Assembly (NCBI GenBank): GCA_028286835.1
Contig: JAQBQT010000027.1
Span: forward strand, 14,442 to 78,441
DNA from: Candidatus Parcubacteria bacterium
Lineage (GTDB): Bacteria > Patescibacteriota > Minisyncoccia > Phycocordibacterales > PALSA-1337
Length of the DNA: 64,000 nt
Reading direction: 5' to 3'
The notes beneath the pieces are model-generated. The model did no database searches and had not been told where the DNA came from. It was given only the letters and a program-made list of their open reading frames with translations. Position numbers and translations under genes: made by a program. Every line of letters starts with the position of its first letter. The first letter of the stretch is position 1. This document shows positions 33,988 through 44,102 of this stretch, piece by piece.

Positions 33988-36042
33988 CTATTTTGCTTTC
34001 TTGGCACCTTTCTTGCCCTTCCCCTTCACGAGCCCCATCATTTCCTGGAGCTTGAATACTTCGTCGCGGATGAGCGCTGCGGATTCGAAATCGAGCGCCT
34101 TCACGGCCTCTTCCATCTGATCTTCTTTGAGCTTCAGGAGCTGCTTCGGATTGTTGCGCGCCAATTCCTCGTCGATCTTGACCATCTCATTCACGGCCTT
34201 TTCGTGCTCGGTTCGGAGCTGGTCTGTGATGTCATGGATCATCTTCCTGATGGTCGTCGGCGTGATGCCGTGCTCGGTGTTGTATGCGACCTGAATGGAA
34301 CGGCGGCGATCGGTCTCGCGGATGGCATTGGTCATCGAATTCGTCATATGGTCGGCATAGAGGATGACGCGGCCGGCTGAATTGCGGGCGGCGCGGCCGA
34401 TGGTCTGGATAAGAGCCGTTTCAGAGCGCAGGAAGCCTTCCTTGTCCGCGTCGAGGATGCCGATCAGGGACACTTCGGGCATATCCAATCCTTCGCGGAG
34501 CAGGTTGACGCCCACCAGGATATCGTACTTGCCGCGGCGGAAGTCCGTGATGATATTGATGCGATCGATGGTCTTTATATCGCTGTGAAGATAGGCGGTC
34601 TTGATCCCCTTCTCCTTGAGGAATTCTGAGAGGTCCTCGGCCATTTTCTTTGTGAGCGTCGTGGCGAGAACGCGGTCGCCAATCTTGATCGTCTTCTGGG
34701 CTTCGGAGATGAAATCGGCGATCTGGCCCTTGTAGTCGCCCTTCTCGATGATCGGCCGGATGTCCACGATCGGATCGATGAGGCCCGTCGGGCGGATGAC
34801 CTGCTCCACTATCTGCTGGCTCTCGGTGCGCTCGTAGTCGCTCGGCGTCGCGGACGTGAATAGGATCGGGCCCACGCGCTGTATGAATTCGTCGAACTTG
34901 AGCGGACGATTGTCCTTGGCCGATGGCAGGCGGAAGCCGTGCTCGATGAGGGTACTCTTGCGGGACGCATCTCCGGCGAACATGCCGTTGAGCTGCGGAA
35001 CCGTGACGTGCGACTCGTCAATGACGGTCAGGAAGTCGGGAGTGCCGTCAGGCTTGTGCGGGAAATATGAAAGCAGCGTATCCGGCGGCTCCCCAGGCAT
35101 CTTGCCGGAAAAATGGCGGGAGTAGTTCTCGATGCCGTTGGTGTAGCCGATCTCGCGGATCATGGCGAGGTCATATTTTACGCGGCGCTTCAGGCGTTCG
35201 GCTTCGAGCATCTTGCCGGCCTTGTCGAGCTCCTTGAGGCGGCCTTCGAGCTCAGCCTGGATGGTCTTCATGGCGCGCTCGCTGTCCTCATCGTTGGATA
35301 TGAAATGCTTGGCCGGGAATATGAAAATGGTCTGGGGAGTTCCCCTGAGGCCGCGCGTCACCGGGTCGAGCTCGATTATTGCGCTGACTTTTCCTCCCTC
35401 GTATTCAAGGCGGAATATGGTCTTGTCGTTCACGGGCATGACTTCAAGGGTATTGCCCACAGCACGGAACTGGCCGTGATTGAGGTCGGCCGTCGTGCGC
35501 TCGAAATGGATGTCGATGAGCTTCCTCAAAAGCTCCGAGCGCGACAGATCCATGCCGACGGTGAGCTTGAGGTTCACCTTTTCATAATTGGCAGGGCTGC
35601 CCAAACCGTATATGCATGAGACAGACGCGACAATGATCACGTCCTTGCGCGTGAGGAGAGCCTGTGTCGATGCGTGGCGGAGGCGCTCGATCTCGGTATT
35701 GATCATGGCCTCCTTCTCTATATATGTGTCGCTCGACGGGATATATGCTTCCGGCTGGTAGTAGTCATAGTAGGACACGAAGTAATGCACCGCGTTGTGC
35801 GGGAAGAATTCGCGATATTCCTGGGCGAGCTGGGCGGCGAGCGTCTTGTTATGAGCGATGACGAGGGTCGGCTTGTCGTATGTGGTTATGATGTTAGCCG
35901 CCGTGAATGTCTTGCCGGAACCCGTCACGCCAAGAAGGGTCTGGCGGTTCATGCCCTTTGCGAAGCCCCTGTTCAAGGCCTCGATCGCTTTTGGCTGATC
36001 CCCTGCGGGCGTCAGGTTTGTGGCTAGTTTGAAGGCTCCCAT
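33988..36042 (-). CDS. uvrB: excinuclease ABC subunit B
   Basis: The Walker A motif GVTGSGKTFT, helicase motifs, and a C-terminal UvrB/UvrC interaction domain are present. The start was chosen at MGAFKLATNLTPAGDQPKAI. Confidence 0.9.
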   Translation of the reverse strand: MGAFKLATNLTPAGDQPKAIEALNRGFAKGMNRQTLLGVTGSGKTFTAANIITTYDKPTLVIAHNKTLAAQLAQEYREFFPHNAVHYFVSYYDYYQPEAYIPSSDTYIEKEAMINTEIERLRHASTQALLTRKDVIIVASVSCIYGLGSPANYEKVNLKLTVGMDLSRSELLRKLIDIHFERTTADLNHGQFRAVGNTLEVMPVNDKTIFRLEYEGGKVSAIIELDPVTRGLRGTPQTIFIFPAKHFISNDEDSERAMKTIQAELEGRLKELDKAGKMLEAERLKRRVKYDLAMIREIGYTNGIENYSRHFSGKMPGEPPDTLLSYFPHKPDGTPDFLTVIDESHVTVPQLNGMFAGDASRKSTLIEHGFRLPSAKDNRPLKFDEFIQRVGPILFTSATPSDYERTESQQIVEQVIRPTGLIDPIVDIRPIIEKGDYKGQIADFISEAQKTIKIGDRVLATTLTKKMAEDLSEFLKEKGIKTAYLHSDIKTIDRINIITDFRRGKYDILVGVNLLREGLDMPEVSLIGILDADKEGFLRSETALIQTIGRAARNSAGRVILYADHMTNSMTNAIRETDRRRSIQVAYNTEHGITPTTIRKMIHDITDQLRTEHEKAVNEMVKIDEELARNNPKQLLKLKEDQMEEAVKALDFESAALIRDEVFKLQEMMGLVKGKGKKGAKKAK

Positions 36043-36125
36043 ACGAGGACTATACCAGAAAATCCAGGCAATAAAAAATGGCGCCGCTTCTTGTGAAGTG
36101 ACGCCATTGAAGGCACATGAAGAGC

Positions 36126-36767
36126 TCAATTTTGGGCTGGAGCAGATACCACTTGGAGAGGCGGGGTTTCGAGCATCTTCAGGAAGGCTTCCTTGGAGAT
36201 GCTTACCCTTTTTTCCAGGTAGTGGCTTGCAAGCTTGATCGCCCGCTGAATGTGCACAGGTTTTTTGTCGGGAGACATGTGAGCAAGCAGTGGAAGCAGA
36301 TCAGATATTTCAGCTCCTTGGAGTTTGGCCATCTTCATCAAGGTGCTGACATGCACGATTGAATTCAGGCTTGCGAATGTCCGCTCGATCAATCCTGCGT
36401 CAATCCGATTATTCCTGAATCCTGCAACAAGGCTGCTAGTGCCTGCATAGAAGAGACGGTGATGAAGAAGGATGTACATCTGGTACAGCTCTTCTACAGT
36501 CGCCGACGTCTTGCCGCCCTTAGCATCCAGCTCTGCAAAAAGCAGCTCGGCGAGAAGCTTCTGCGCCTCTGCCGAAGGATTCCTCCAGCTTTCACGGTTG
36601 AAAGCATGAATGATGTCGCGGGCGTAGTCTCTACCTTGCTCGAGCATGGTTTCCTGTACCTTTGCCAACAGATCCGGCCGACGTCCTTCGTCAGCCAGAG
36701 CGTAGTCGCGAAGTAGATTCGCGAATTTATCAGTCTGAACTGACAGAATGTCGTCCATAAAAAGCAT
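36126..36767 (-). CDS. hypothetical protein
   Basis: The 213-aa ORF has helical, non-repetitive composition. No motifs were recognised. Confidence 0.5.
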   Translation of the reverse strand: MLFMDDILSVQTDKFANLLRDYALADEGRRPDLLAKVQETMLEQGRDYARDIIHAFNRESWRNPSAEAQKLLAELLFAELDAKGGKTSATVEELYQMYILLHHRLFYAGTSSLVAGFRNNRIDAGLIERTFASLNSIVHVSTLMKMAKLQGAEISDLLPLLAHMSPDKKPVHIQRAIKLASHYLEKRVSISKEAFLKMLETPPLQVVSAPAQN

Positions 36768-36901
36768 ATTCTGCGCTATGTAATTGTTAACTTCGGCTGC
36801 CTGGGATCAGGCGGCCCCTAGCAACAGCTAATCACGAAATAACAAGACTAGCAAGTTTACAGGTTGTGATTCCTATTGTATTAAAATTACCCTTTTCAAC
36901 G

Positions 36902-37924
36902 CTATTTCCGCACCATAACCTTCTGCACTGTCTCACGGATATGCATCTCCCCCATGCCATAATGCTCAACAAGCTCGTCAGGTTTGCCTGATTGACCGAA
37001 AAGGTCTTTGACCCCGATGAACTCTATCGGCACAGGATGATTGGCTGCGAGGCATTCCGCCACAGCTGATCCCATACCGCCGTGGATCTGGTGTTCCTCG
37101 ACGGTGACGATGGCTCCCGCATCGTGGGCGAGGCGGATGACAGCTTCCTCATCGAGCGGCTTGATGGTGGCTAGGTTCATGACTGCGACGCTTTTGCCCT
37201 TGCTCGAAAGATCTTGTGCGACAGCAAGCGCCTTATGAAGCAAGGCACCTGTTGCGATGATGGCTGCGTCATATTTCGTGCCGCGCTCCCCTTTTGCGTA
37301 TTTCTTCTCGGGCGGCGCAAAGAATATCTGAGCTTTGCCGATCTCGAACGGAGTATCGTCGGTCGTTATGACCGGAGTCTTCTCGCGGGCAAGGCGGATA
37401 TAGGTCGGTGAGACAGTTTTTGCCGCGGCGATGGTTGCTTTGCGTGCTTCATTTGCATCGCATGGAGAGATAACCACCATTCGCGGGATGACGCGCAGGA
37501 TGGCAATGTCTTCGATGGCCTGATGCGTGCCGCCGTCCGGGCCTACTGATATTCCCGCATGGGATCCGGCGATTTTCACCGGCTGATTATTGTATGCGAT
37601 GGTCGTGCGGATCTGTTCCCAATTCCTACCAGGCGAGAACATAGCATATGAGGTGATGAAAGGGATCTTGCCCATCGCCGCCATGCCGCTCGCTGCTGCA
37701 GCGAGGTTCTGCTCGGCTACTCCCATTTCCAGGAATCGCTCGGGGTACTTCTTCCTGAATGCGAGCATGTGCGTCGATTCGGTGAGGTCGGCGCAGATGC
37801 CGATGACCTGCTTGTTCGCATCCGCCGCAAGTACGAGACCTTCGCCGAAGCCTTTGCGTATCGGCTGCTGATCGACATCCTTATCGAAAAGCTTTGCGTT
37901 GAGTTTTAGGTCGGGGTTGAGCAT
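36902..37924 (-). CDS. transketolase, C-terminal subunit (pyrimidine-binding and C-terminal domains)
   Basis: The product (340 aa) matches the second half of transketolase (AIGICADLTESTHM...GSHAGISVGPDGGTHQAIEDIA). It is paired with the N-terminal subunit at 38201-39103. Confidence 0.85.
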   Translation of the reverse strand: MLNPDLKLNAKLFDKDVDQQPIRKGFGEGLVLAADANKQVIGICADLTESTHMLAFRKKYPERFLEMGVAEQNLAAAASGMAAMGKIPFITSYAMFSPGRNWEQIRTTIAYNNQPVKIAGSHAGISVGPDGGTHQAIEDIAILRVIPRMVVISPCDANEARKATIAAAKTVSPTYIRLAREKTPVITTDDTPFEIGKAQIFFAPPEKKYAKGERGTKYDAAIIATGALLHKALAVAQDLSSKGKSVAVMNLATIKPLDEEAVIRLAHDAGAIVTVEEHQIHGGMGSAVAECLAANHPVPIEFIGVKDLFGQSGKPDELVEHYGMGEMHIRETVQKVMVRK

Positions 37925-37929
37925 GGTTG

Positions 37930-38208
37930 TTATGCAAATGCGACGTAAGAAACGACAGCGGCGAATACGAGCATCAACCCGCCTTCGATCCGCCTCATGA
38001 TAATGACGCGTCTATTATATTCATATCCAAGCGGATATATGTAGCTCGGATGCTTTGTATTCAAAAGCAGCGTGAGCCCAAGAAGGACTGAAACTATAAG
38101 AAAAGCAGTTATCGATTCATGTGATATGCCCATGATCAAAAAGTACGCCGATATCATAAGATAGGCGAGCTTTAGGAGTATTTCGAAGATTCGTATCGGA
38201 TTAGTCAT
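37930..38208 (-). CDS. small membrane protein, hypothetical
   Basis: The likely start is the internal Met MTNPIRIFEILL. The product has three hydrophobic helices. It sits between the two transketolase halves. Confidence 0.4.
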   Translation of the reverse strand: MTNPIRIFEILLKLAYLMISAYFLIMGISHESITAFLIVSVLLGLTLLLNTKHPSYIYPLGYEYNRRVIIMRRIEGGLMLVFAAVVSYVAFA

Positions 38209-39103
38209 GGTCAGGTGCTTTAACTCGGCCGCCGAATGTCCGAACCTCGCGCAGCGCCTTGCGGGCGGCATCTATCTCTTCCGGAGTCGTCGGCGGCTTG
38301 CCGTGCCACTCGAACTGGCGCTCGAAGGCAGGAATGCCCTTTGACGGGATGGTGTACGCGATGATGACAGACGGCTTGTCGAAGACCGCCTTGGCCTCGC
38401 CGACAGCACGATCGATATCGCGGAAATTGTGGCCGTCTATCTCCTGCACATGCCAATTGAATGCGCGCCATTTATCGGCAAGCGGATTGAGCGGCATGAT
38501 GTCTTCGGTGAATCCGTCGATCTGGATGTTATTTCGGTCGACGATGACGGTCAGGTTCTGGAGCTTTTCTTTGCTCGCGAGCATGATGGCCTCCCAGTTG
38601 TTCCCCTCATCGAGCTCGCCGTCGCCGGTGAGGCAGTAGAACTGCTTCGAGGACGAGCGGCCATTATCCATCCTGTCTGCGATCGCCATGCCGACTGCCT
38701 GCGAGAGGCCGCAGCCGAGGGGGCCTGAAGACGTTTCGAGCCCCGGCAGCCATTCGCGGTGCGGATGCCCCTGAAGGCGCGAGCCGAGCTTGCGAAGCGT
38801 CATAAGTTCGGATACAGGAAAATATCCAGCGTGCGCCATTGTCGCATAGAGGACGGGACATATGTGGCCGTTCGAGAGGACGAGGCGGTCGCGGTATTCC
38901 CAATCGGGCTTCTTCGGGTCGTGCTTCAGTGCGTGGAAGTAGAGATATGCAAAAATGTCGGCCATGTCGAGCGGACCGGCGGTATGTCCAGACTTTGCTT
39001 CGATGAGGGACTCGATGATGGATCGGCGGATATCGAGAGCTTTCCCTTCCAGGAGCTTTATCTTGTCTTCGGTGAGGGATTGAGGAGATTGCGTGGGTGC
39101 CAT
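38201..39103 (-). CDS. transketolase, N-terminal subunit (thiamine-pyrophosphate-binding)
   Basis: The TPP-binding GDG region and the Mg/TPP motif are present (GHTAGPLDMADI...LTGDGELDEGNNWEA). The product is 300 aa. Confidence 0.85.
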   Translation of the reverse strand: MAPTQSPQSLTEDKIKLLEGKALDIRRSIIESLIEAKSGHTAGPLDMADIFAYLYFHALKHDPKKPDWEYRDRLVLSNGHICPVLYATMAHAGYFPVSELMTLRKLGSRLQGHPHREWLPGLETSSGPLGCGLSQAVGMAIADRMDNGRSSSKQFYCLTGDGELDEGNNWEAIMLASKEKLQNLTVIVDRNNIQIDGFTEDIMPLNPLADKWRAFNWHVQEIDGHNFRDIDRAVGEAKAVFDKPSVIIAYTIPSKGIPAFERQFEWHGKPPTTPEEIDAARKALREVRTFGGRVKAPDHD

Positions 39104-39146
39104 TTGGAATAATTATAGCACCTTAGCGGCAGCCCTAGAATAGCCC

Positions 39147-39824
39147 CTATTTCACCAGCGCTTTGAAATCCTCAACGGCCTGAATGATATTGTCGCTTCC
39201 AAAGATAGCTGAGCCGACGACAAGCCTATCGGCACCGGCAGCCATGAGCTCTGGAGCAGTCTCTAGCGAAACTCCCCCGTCAACTGAGATCGGCATGCCT
39301 GGGAATTTCATGCGCGCCTCCTTGATGCGGCCCAAAACCTTCTCGTCGAACGGCTGATGCTGGAAACCCACATTATCTATGCCCATGAGCTGGATGAAGT
39401 TTATCTTCTCGCGCAAAGGCTCTATCACGTCGAGAGATGTCTCTATATTCAAAGCCAATCCCACCTCTACGCGTCCCTCGAGCATGTTGACGGCCTCCGC
39501 AACGTCGCCGGTCGCCTCGGCATGAATGATGATCCGAGCTGCCCCGGCTGAAACCCATGCCTCCACCAGATCCTGCGGCCTGTTCGCCATGAGATCTATC
39601 TCGAAATCAAAGACATCCCATCCCGGGAATCCCTCCTCTTCATGCATGATCTTCTCGAACGAATCGTCATGCTTCCTATACGGCCACGTAGCATTCTGCA
39701 CGAACTGCCCGTCGCATACATCTATCTGTATGGTCTTCACCCAGCCTTTCAGGTACGACGTCTTTTCTTCGATCTCGGCGAAGTCGTTTGGCAATATGGC
39801 GGGGATGATTTCGGCACGGCTCAT
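39147..39824 (-). CDS. rpe: ribulose-phosphate 3-epimerase
   Basis: The product (225 aa) shows the Rpe TIM-barrel pattern IIPAILPNDFAEIEEK...IQIDVCDGQFV. Confidence 0.85.
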   Translation of the reverse strand: MSRAEIIPAILPNDFAEIEEKTSYLKGWVKTIQIDVCDGQFVQNATWPYRKHDDSFEKIMHEEEGFPGWDVFDFEIDLMANRPQDLVEAWVSAGAARIIIHAEATGDVAEAVNMLEGRVEVGLALNIETSLDVIEPLREKINFIQLMGIDNVGFQHQPFDEKVLGRIKEARMKFPGMPISVDGGVSLETAPELMAAGADRLVVGSAIFGSDNIIQAVEDFKALVK

Positions 39825-39842
39825 GATTATGCTGGCGTTATA

Positions 39843-40310
39843 TTATTGGATGTTATCCATCTCCTGGATGCGGCGCTTGTGGCGCTCGTCACCGGAGAAC
39901 GGTGTTTTGAGCCACAGCTCGACTGCCTTGACCGCGAGCTCTTCGCTCACGAAGCGGCCACCCATGGAAAGGATGTTGGCGTCATTGTGCTCGCGCGACA
40001 GCTGGACGATATCGAGCTTGTCTCCGTACCATGCGACTGCGCGCACGCCCGGGAATCGATTGGCGACCATCGCCTCGCCCTCTCCTGAGCCGCCTGCGAT
40101 GACGGCTTTGGTGTGACCCTTGAGATCCGATGCCACTTTCATGGCCGCGGCTGCCATATATGGAGGATAGTCGTCGCCAGCATCATATTCATGGGCGCCG
40201 ACATCGAGCACCTGGATCTTTTGCGATTCTAGGTACGCCTTCACGGCTTCCTTGAGCTTGTATCCGGCATGATCTGCCGCAAGCACTATTGTAAGTTTTT
40301 CTTCGGCCAT
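39843..40310 (-). CDS. rpiB: ribose-5-phosphate isomerase B
   Basis: The product (155 aa) shows RpiB/LacAB family features (IVLAADHAGYKLKE...AVIAGGSGEGEAMVANR). Confidence 0.85.
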   Translation of the reverse strand: MAEEKLTIVLAADHAGYKLKEAVKAYLESQKIQVLDVGAHEYDAGDDYPPYMAAAAMKVASDLKGHTKAVIAGGSGEGEAMVANRFPGVRAVAWYGDKLDIVQLSREHNDANILSMGGRFVSEELAVKAVELWLKTPFSGDERHKRRIQEMDNIQ

Positions 40311-40314
40311 AGTA

Positions 40315-41346
40315 TTACGCCAGTCTACCCGCTTTTACCACATGCTCTACGAGCGTATACGTATACCCCATCTCGTTGTCATACCACGCGAGGACTTTCA
40401 CGAGGTTGCCTCCGACGACACGGGTCATAGCGAGATCCGCGATGGAGGCATGGCGGTTTCCGATGATGTCATGCGAGACGAGCGGCTCTTCCGTCGTATC
40501 GAATATGCCATTCCAGCGCGGATCCTTCGCGGCTTTCTTGAGCAAGCTGTTGACCTCTTCGGCCGTGGTGTCGCGCTTGGCCACGAACGTGACGTCGACG
40601 ATGGAACCAGTCACAACCGGCACGCGGATCGATATGCCATCGAACTTACCCTTGAGCTGTGTCGCGACTTCAGTCACGGCGATAGCGGCGCCGGTGGATG
40701 AAGGCACGATGTTCTGGCCTGCGGCGCGCCCCTCGCGGAAGTCCTTCTTGGAAGGCCCATCCACCAGCGACTGGCTGGCTGTATATGCGTGAACAGTGTT
40801 AAGAAGGGCCTTCTCTATGCCAAGAGATTCGTCGAGAATGGCGATGAGGGGCGATCCCGCATTCGTCGTGCATGAAGCGTTGGAGGAGATCTGACATGTT
40901 TCGAGCTTCTCCTCATTCATGGCCATGAGGATGGTCGCGCCCTTTACGGCAGCGTCCGGAGCATCCTTGATCGGGGCCGAGATGACGACGCGCTTAGCGC
41001 CGGCGGTAATGTGGGCCATGGCTTTATCCGCAGACGTGAAGAGGCCTGTAGATTCGACGACGACGTCGATGCCGAGCTTCTTCCATGGGAGCAGAGTCGG
41101 ATCCTTTTCGCTCACGTATTGGATCTCCATGCCGTCGACCGTCAAGATATTCTTCTTGTCATCGGCCGAAACCTCGAACTGGCTTACGCCATATGCCGTG
41201 TCGTACTTCAAAAGATATGCAAAATCGTTGATATTACCAAGATCATTGATGGCCACGATCTCTATTTCCTGACGTTCTCGCGCGACTTTGACGAATGCTC
41301 TGCCTATTCTGCCGAAACCATTGATTGCAACGCGGATTTTTTTCAT
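40315..41346 (-). CDS. gap: glyceraldehyde-3-phosphate dehydrogenase
   Basis: The NAD-binding motif VAINGFGRIGR is present, and the catalytic Cys lies in SNASCTTN. The start was chosen at MKKIRVAINGFGRIGR. Confidence 0.9.
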   Translation of the reverse strand: MKKIRVAINGFGRIGRAFVKVARERQEIEIVAINDLGNINDFAYLLKYDTAYGVSQFEVSADDKKNILTVDGMEIQYVSEKDPTLLPWKKLGIDVVVESTGLFTSADKAMAHITAGAKRVVISAPIKDAPDAAVKGATILMAMNEEKLETCQISSNASCTTNAGSPLIAILDESLGIEKALLNTVHAYTASQSLVDGPSKKDFREGRAAGQNIVPSSTGAAIAVTEVATQLKGKFDGISIRVPVVTGSIVDVTFVAKRDTTAEEVNSLLKKAAKDPRWNGIFDTTEEPLVSHDIIGNRHASIADLAMTRVVGGNLVKVLAWYDNEMGYTYTLVEHVVKAGRLA

Positions 41347-41480
41347 GAGAAGTCTGTGGATTACTCTTATATTGCTGCTAGTAGGGATATTGTAGCATAT
41401 GGCCCTCATATGCTATTGTCAAAGTCGGATCGCGCAGAGGTTCTGCGTATCATAGCAACCTACAACCACATATTAGCGTT

Positions 41481-41924
41481 ATGAGTAAAAACCTTCTGAG
41501 AGAAGCCGTCGAAGAGAAAATGGCTTGGGTAAAAGATGCATTGGATGTGCTTATGCTTTCCCAGCGTTCCTATTGCGGTTTTACGCAGACTATCGTCAGC
41601 GTAACCCCTCTTCGCCATTCTGATGAGTGGCCGGCAGATTTCGAAATTGTCCTGAAGGGTAGAAGGAAGCCAAGCAAGCGCTTCCTGTTCATTGACATCA
41701 TTCCTTCGAAGCCAATGAGAAAGTACCTCAAGGAAAGACTTCAGGATTACGGCATCGTAAAGGTGTCCATTAACCTATACTCAAAATTCAAGACAGTCGT
41801 GCGGACTCTTGCCGCATCGCTCAGACGTTCGATCGGCATGCCTCGTCCGCGAAAACAGCCGACGCGGCATCTCCATAGCTATCACCCGCGCATGTCACGG
41901 TCGCGATTGGCCTGTATCGCCTAA
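41481..41924 (+). CDS. hypothetical protein
   Basis: The first ~110 residues of the 147-aa ORF look protein-like. The Arg-rich C-terminal tail may be a read-through artefact. Confidence 0.35.
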   Translation: MSKNLLREAVEEKMAWVKDALDVLMLSQRSYCGFTQTIVSVTPLRHSDEWPADFEIVLKGRRKPSKRFLFIDIIPSKPMRKYLKERLQDYGIVKVSINLYSKFKTVVRTLAASLRRSIGMPRPRKQPTRHLHSYHPRMSRSRLACIA

Positions 41925-42024
41925 CTTTTCATCACTATTATATATTTTCTCAGCGGCCCACTACCCAGGGCCGCTTTTTTATCGCCTGGGAGTGCGATAT
42001 ACTTTTAATGCGTCCATAAACCTC

Positions 42025-42633
42025 ATGTATCTCCAGAATCTTCTTATCGGCGTCGCTACGAACCATGATGTTCTCGTGTACGCGCTCATCATCGTCCTTG
42101 CCGCCACAGAAGGACCAATCGTCTCTATCGCCGCGGGCATTCTCTATCGCTGGGGCTATTTCCCCTTCCTGCCCCTCTATATCGCCCTCATGACAGGCGA
42201 TCTCATCGGAGACATTGTCTGGTATACGGTCGGATACAAGGCCGGCAGGAAATTCGCTGCCAGATTCGGCAAGTATTTCGGCATCACCGAGATAGGCATC
42301 GCGAGCTTCGAGAAAAGGTTCCATACCCACAAGGATGCCATTCTCGTCATATCCAAGCTTACGACGGGGTTCGGCTTCGCAACAGCCGTCCTCTTCACGG
42401 CCGGGCTCGTGCGGATCCCCTTCCGCCGCTACATCACGATCAACGTGCTCGGACAGTTCGTCTGGACGGCCCTCCTCATCTTCGTGGGATATTCCTTCGC
42501 CCATCTGTACGTGACATTCAATAATCTATTTGCCCGAAGCGCCCTCATCGCCTTTACGGTCATAATCATCTTCTTCATCGTGCGATACGCGCGCTACATG
42601 CGCAAGAAGCTTGTCGAGGGCCAAGACATCTAA
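42025..42633 (+). CDS. DedA/TVP38-family membrane protein
   Basis: The product is multi-pass. Its DedA-like core is GDLIGDIVWYTVGYKAGRKF...FGFATAVLFTAG. The start was chosen at MYLQNLLIG. Confidence 0.7.
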   Translation: MYLQNLLIGVATNHDVLVYALIIVLAATEGPIVSIAAGILYRWGYFPFLPLYIALMTGDLIGDIVWYTVGYKAGRKFAARFGKYFGITEIGIASFEKRFHTHKDAILVISKLTTGFGFATAVLFTAGLVRIPFRRYITINVLGQFVWTALLIFVGYSFAHLYVTFNNLFARSALIAFTVIIIFFIVRYARYMRKKLVEGQDI

Positions 42634-42642
42634 TCCACCAGA

Positions 42643-43401
42643 ATGCTATCCATCATCATACCGACGCTGAACGAAGAGCTCTATATAGAGCGCACGGTTA
42701 AGTCCATAAAAGCTGCCTTAACCCCTCCTTTTGAGATCATCGTAAGTGACGGCCAGAGCAGGGACCATACTGTGGAAGTGGCGAAAGCGTGCGCTGATAA
42801 GGTCGTCGAATATACGGGCGTCACTCGTCAGACCATAGCTGCCGGACGGAATGCAGGAGCCAAGGCAGCAACCGGTGAATTTCTGGTATTCATGGATGCG
42901 GACTGCAGCATTCCCGGCCCTGACTTTTTTTTCGGCAAGATTCTTAAGCATTTTGCCCGGGATCCGAAGCTTGTAGCGGTGAACGTAGCCATTCGTGTAC
43001 TTCCGGGTTCCGAAACATTCGCGGACTGGGCCATCTACAACCTTTTCAACGATTATCTCTGGTTTGTGAATAATGTCTTGCATATCGGCATCGCTGCCGG
43101 TGAGTTTCAGATGGTCCGCAGAGACGTTTTTGATCGCATCGGAGGATACAACGAGGCCTTGCCCGCAGCCGAAGATGTCGAGCTGTTCAATCGCCTTTCG
43201 AAGGTGGGCAGAGTCAGATACGAAAAAGGCCTCAAGATCTATCACACAGGCCGTCGCGTGCACAAGGTCGGGTGGCCCAAACTCCTCTGGCAATGGAACA
43301 TGAATACCATATTCATGGCTTTAACGGGACACGCATACAGCAAGTCATGGGGCGGAGACATGACGGGAAAGCCCACTCCCCCGGTTGAAAAAGCAAAATG
43401 A
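42643..43401 (+). CDS. family 2 glycosyltransferase
   Basis: The N-terminal IIIPTLNEE motif and the DxD-type segment FMDADCS are present in a GT-A fold protein of 252 aa. Confidence 0.8.
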   Translation: MLSIIIPTLNEELYIERTVKSIKAALTPPFEIIVSDGQSRDHTVEVAKACADKVVEYTGVTRQTIAAGRNAGAKAATGEFLVFMDADCSIPGPDFFFGKILKHFARDPKLVAVNVAIRVLPGSETFADWAIYNLFNDYLWFVNNVLHIGIAAGEFQMVRRDVFDRIGGYNEALPAAEDVELFNRLSKVGRVRYEKGLKIYHTGRRVHKVGWPKLLWQWNMNTIFMALTGHAYSKSWGGDMTGKPTPPVEKAK

Positions 43402-44102
43402 AAGTCTCAGTTATAATCCCCGCCTTTAATGAGGAAGCATCTCTTCCCCGCACCCTCGAAGCGATCCTGTCCCAGGATCATCCGGATTTTGAGGTCATCG
43501 TCGTAGACAACGCAAGCACTGACCGCACATTCGAGACCGCCGTCTCTTTTCAAGGAGTGACTGTTGTGCGTGAAGGCCGGGCAGGCACGATGTGGGCATG
43601 CGAACGGGGCCGCAGCGAAGCAAAGGGAGAGATCATCGTGCGCCTCGATGCCGATTGCATACCAGAGACGGATTGGCTTTCGAAAGGAAGCGCGCGCTTT
43701 TCCGATCAGACAGTAGTGGTCGTCTCAGGTCCATATGATTATTATGACGATACCAGTTCTTTCAGGGGCTTGGCCCTATTGATACAGAGGAACTTATTTT
43801 ATCTTGTCCACATGCTTTTTCAATTGCTGAAACTGGGCGGGATCACTATGGGCGGCAATACATTCATGAGATCCACCGCTCTTCATTTTGCGGGAGGATT
43901 CAATACGGCCATTACATTCTATGGCGATGACACGGATATACCGAAGCGGCTTTCACGTTACGGACGCTGCATATACGATAGGAATCTTATAATGAAGACG
44001 TCAGCCCGTCGCTTCAAAAAGGATGGCATCATACGCCTCCAGGCTCGGTATACCCGCTATTTCTTCAAGACGATTTTTTCGCGCACTAGCGGACCGTCGT
44101 AG
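43398..44102 (+). CDS. family 2 glycosyltransferase, paralogue of the upstream gene
   Basis: VIIPAFNEE and VVDNASTD...LDADC motifs are present. The start overlaps the stop of the upstream GT2 gene by 4 nt. Confidence 0.8.
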   Translation: MKVSVIIPAFNEEASLPRTLEAILSQDHPDFEVIVVDNASTDRTFETAVSFQGVTVVREGRAGTMWACERGRSEAKGEIIVRLDADCIPETDWLSKGSARFSDQTVVVVSGPYDYYDDTSSFRGLALLIQRNLFYLVHMLFQLLKLGGITMGGNTFMRSTALHFAGGFNTAITFYGDDTDIPKRLSRYGRCIYDRNLIMKTSARRFKKDGIIRLQARYTRYFFKTIFSRTSGPS

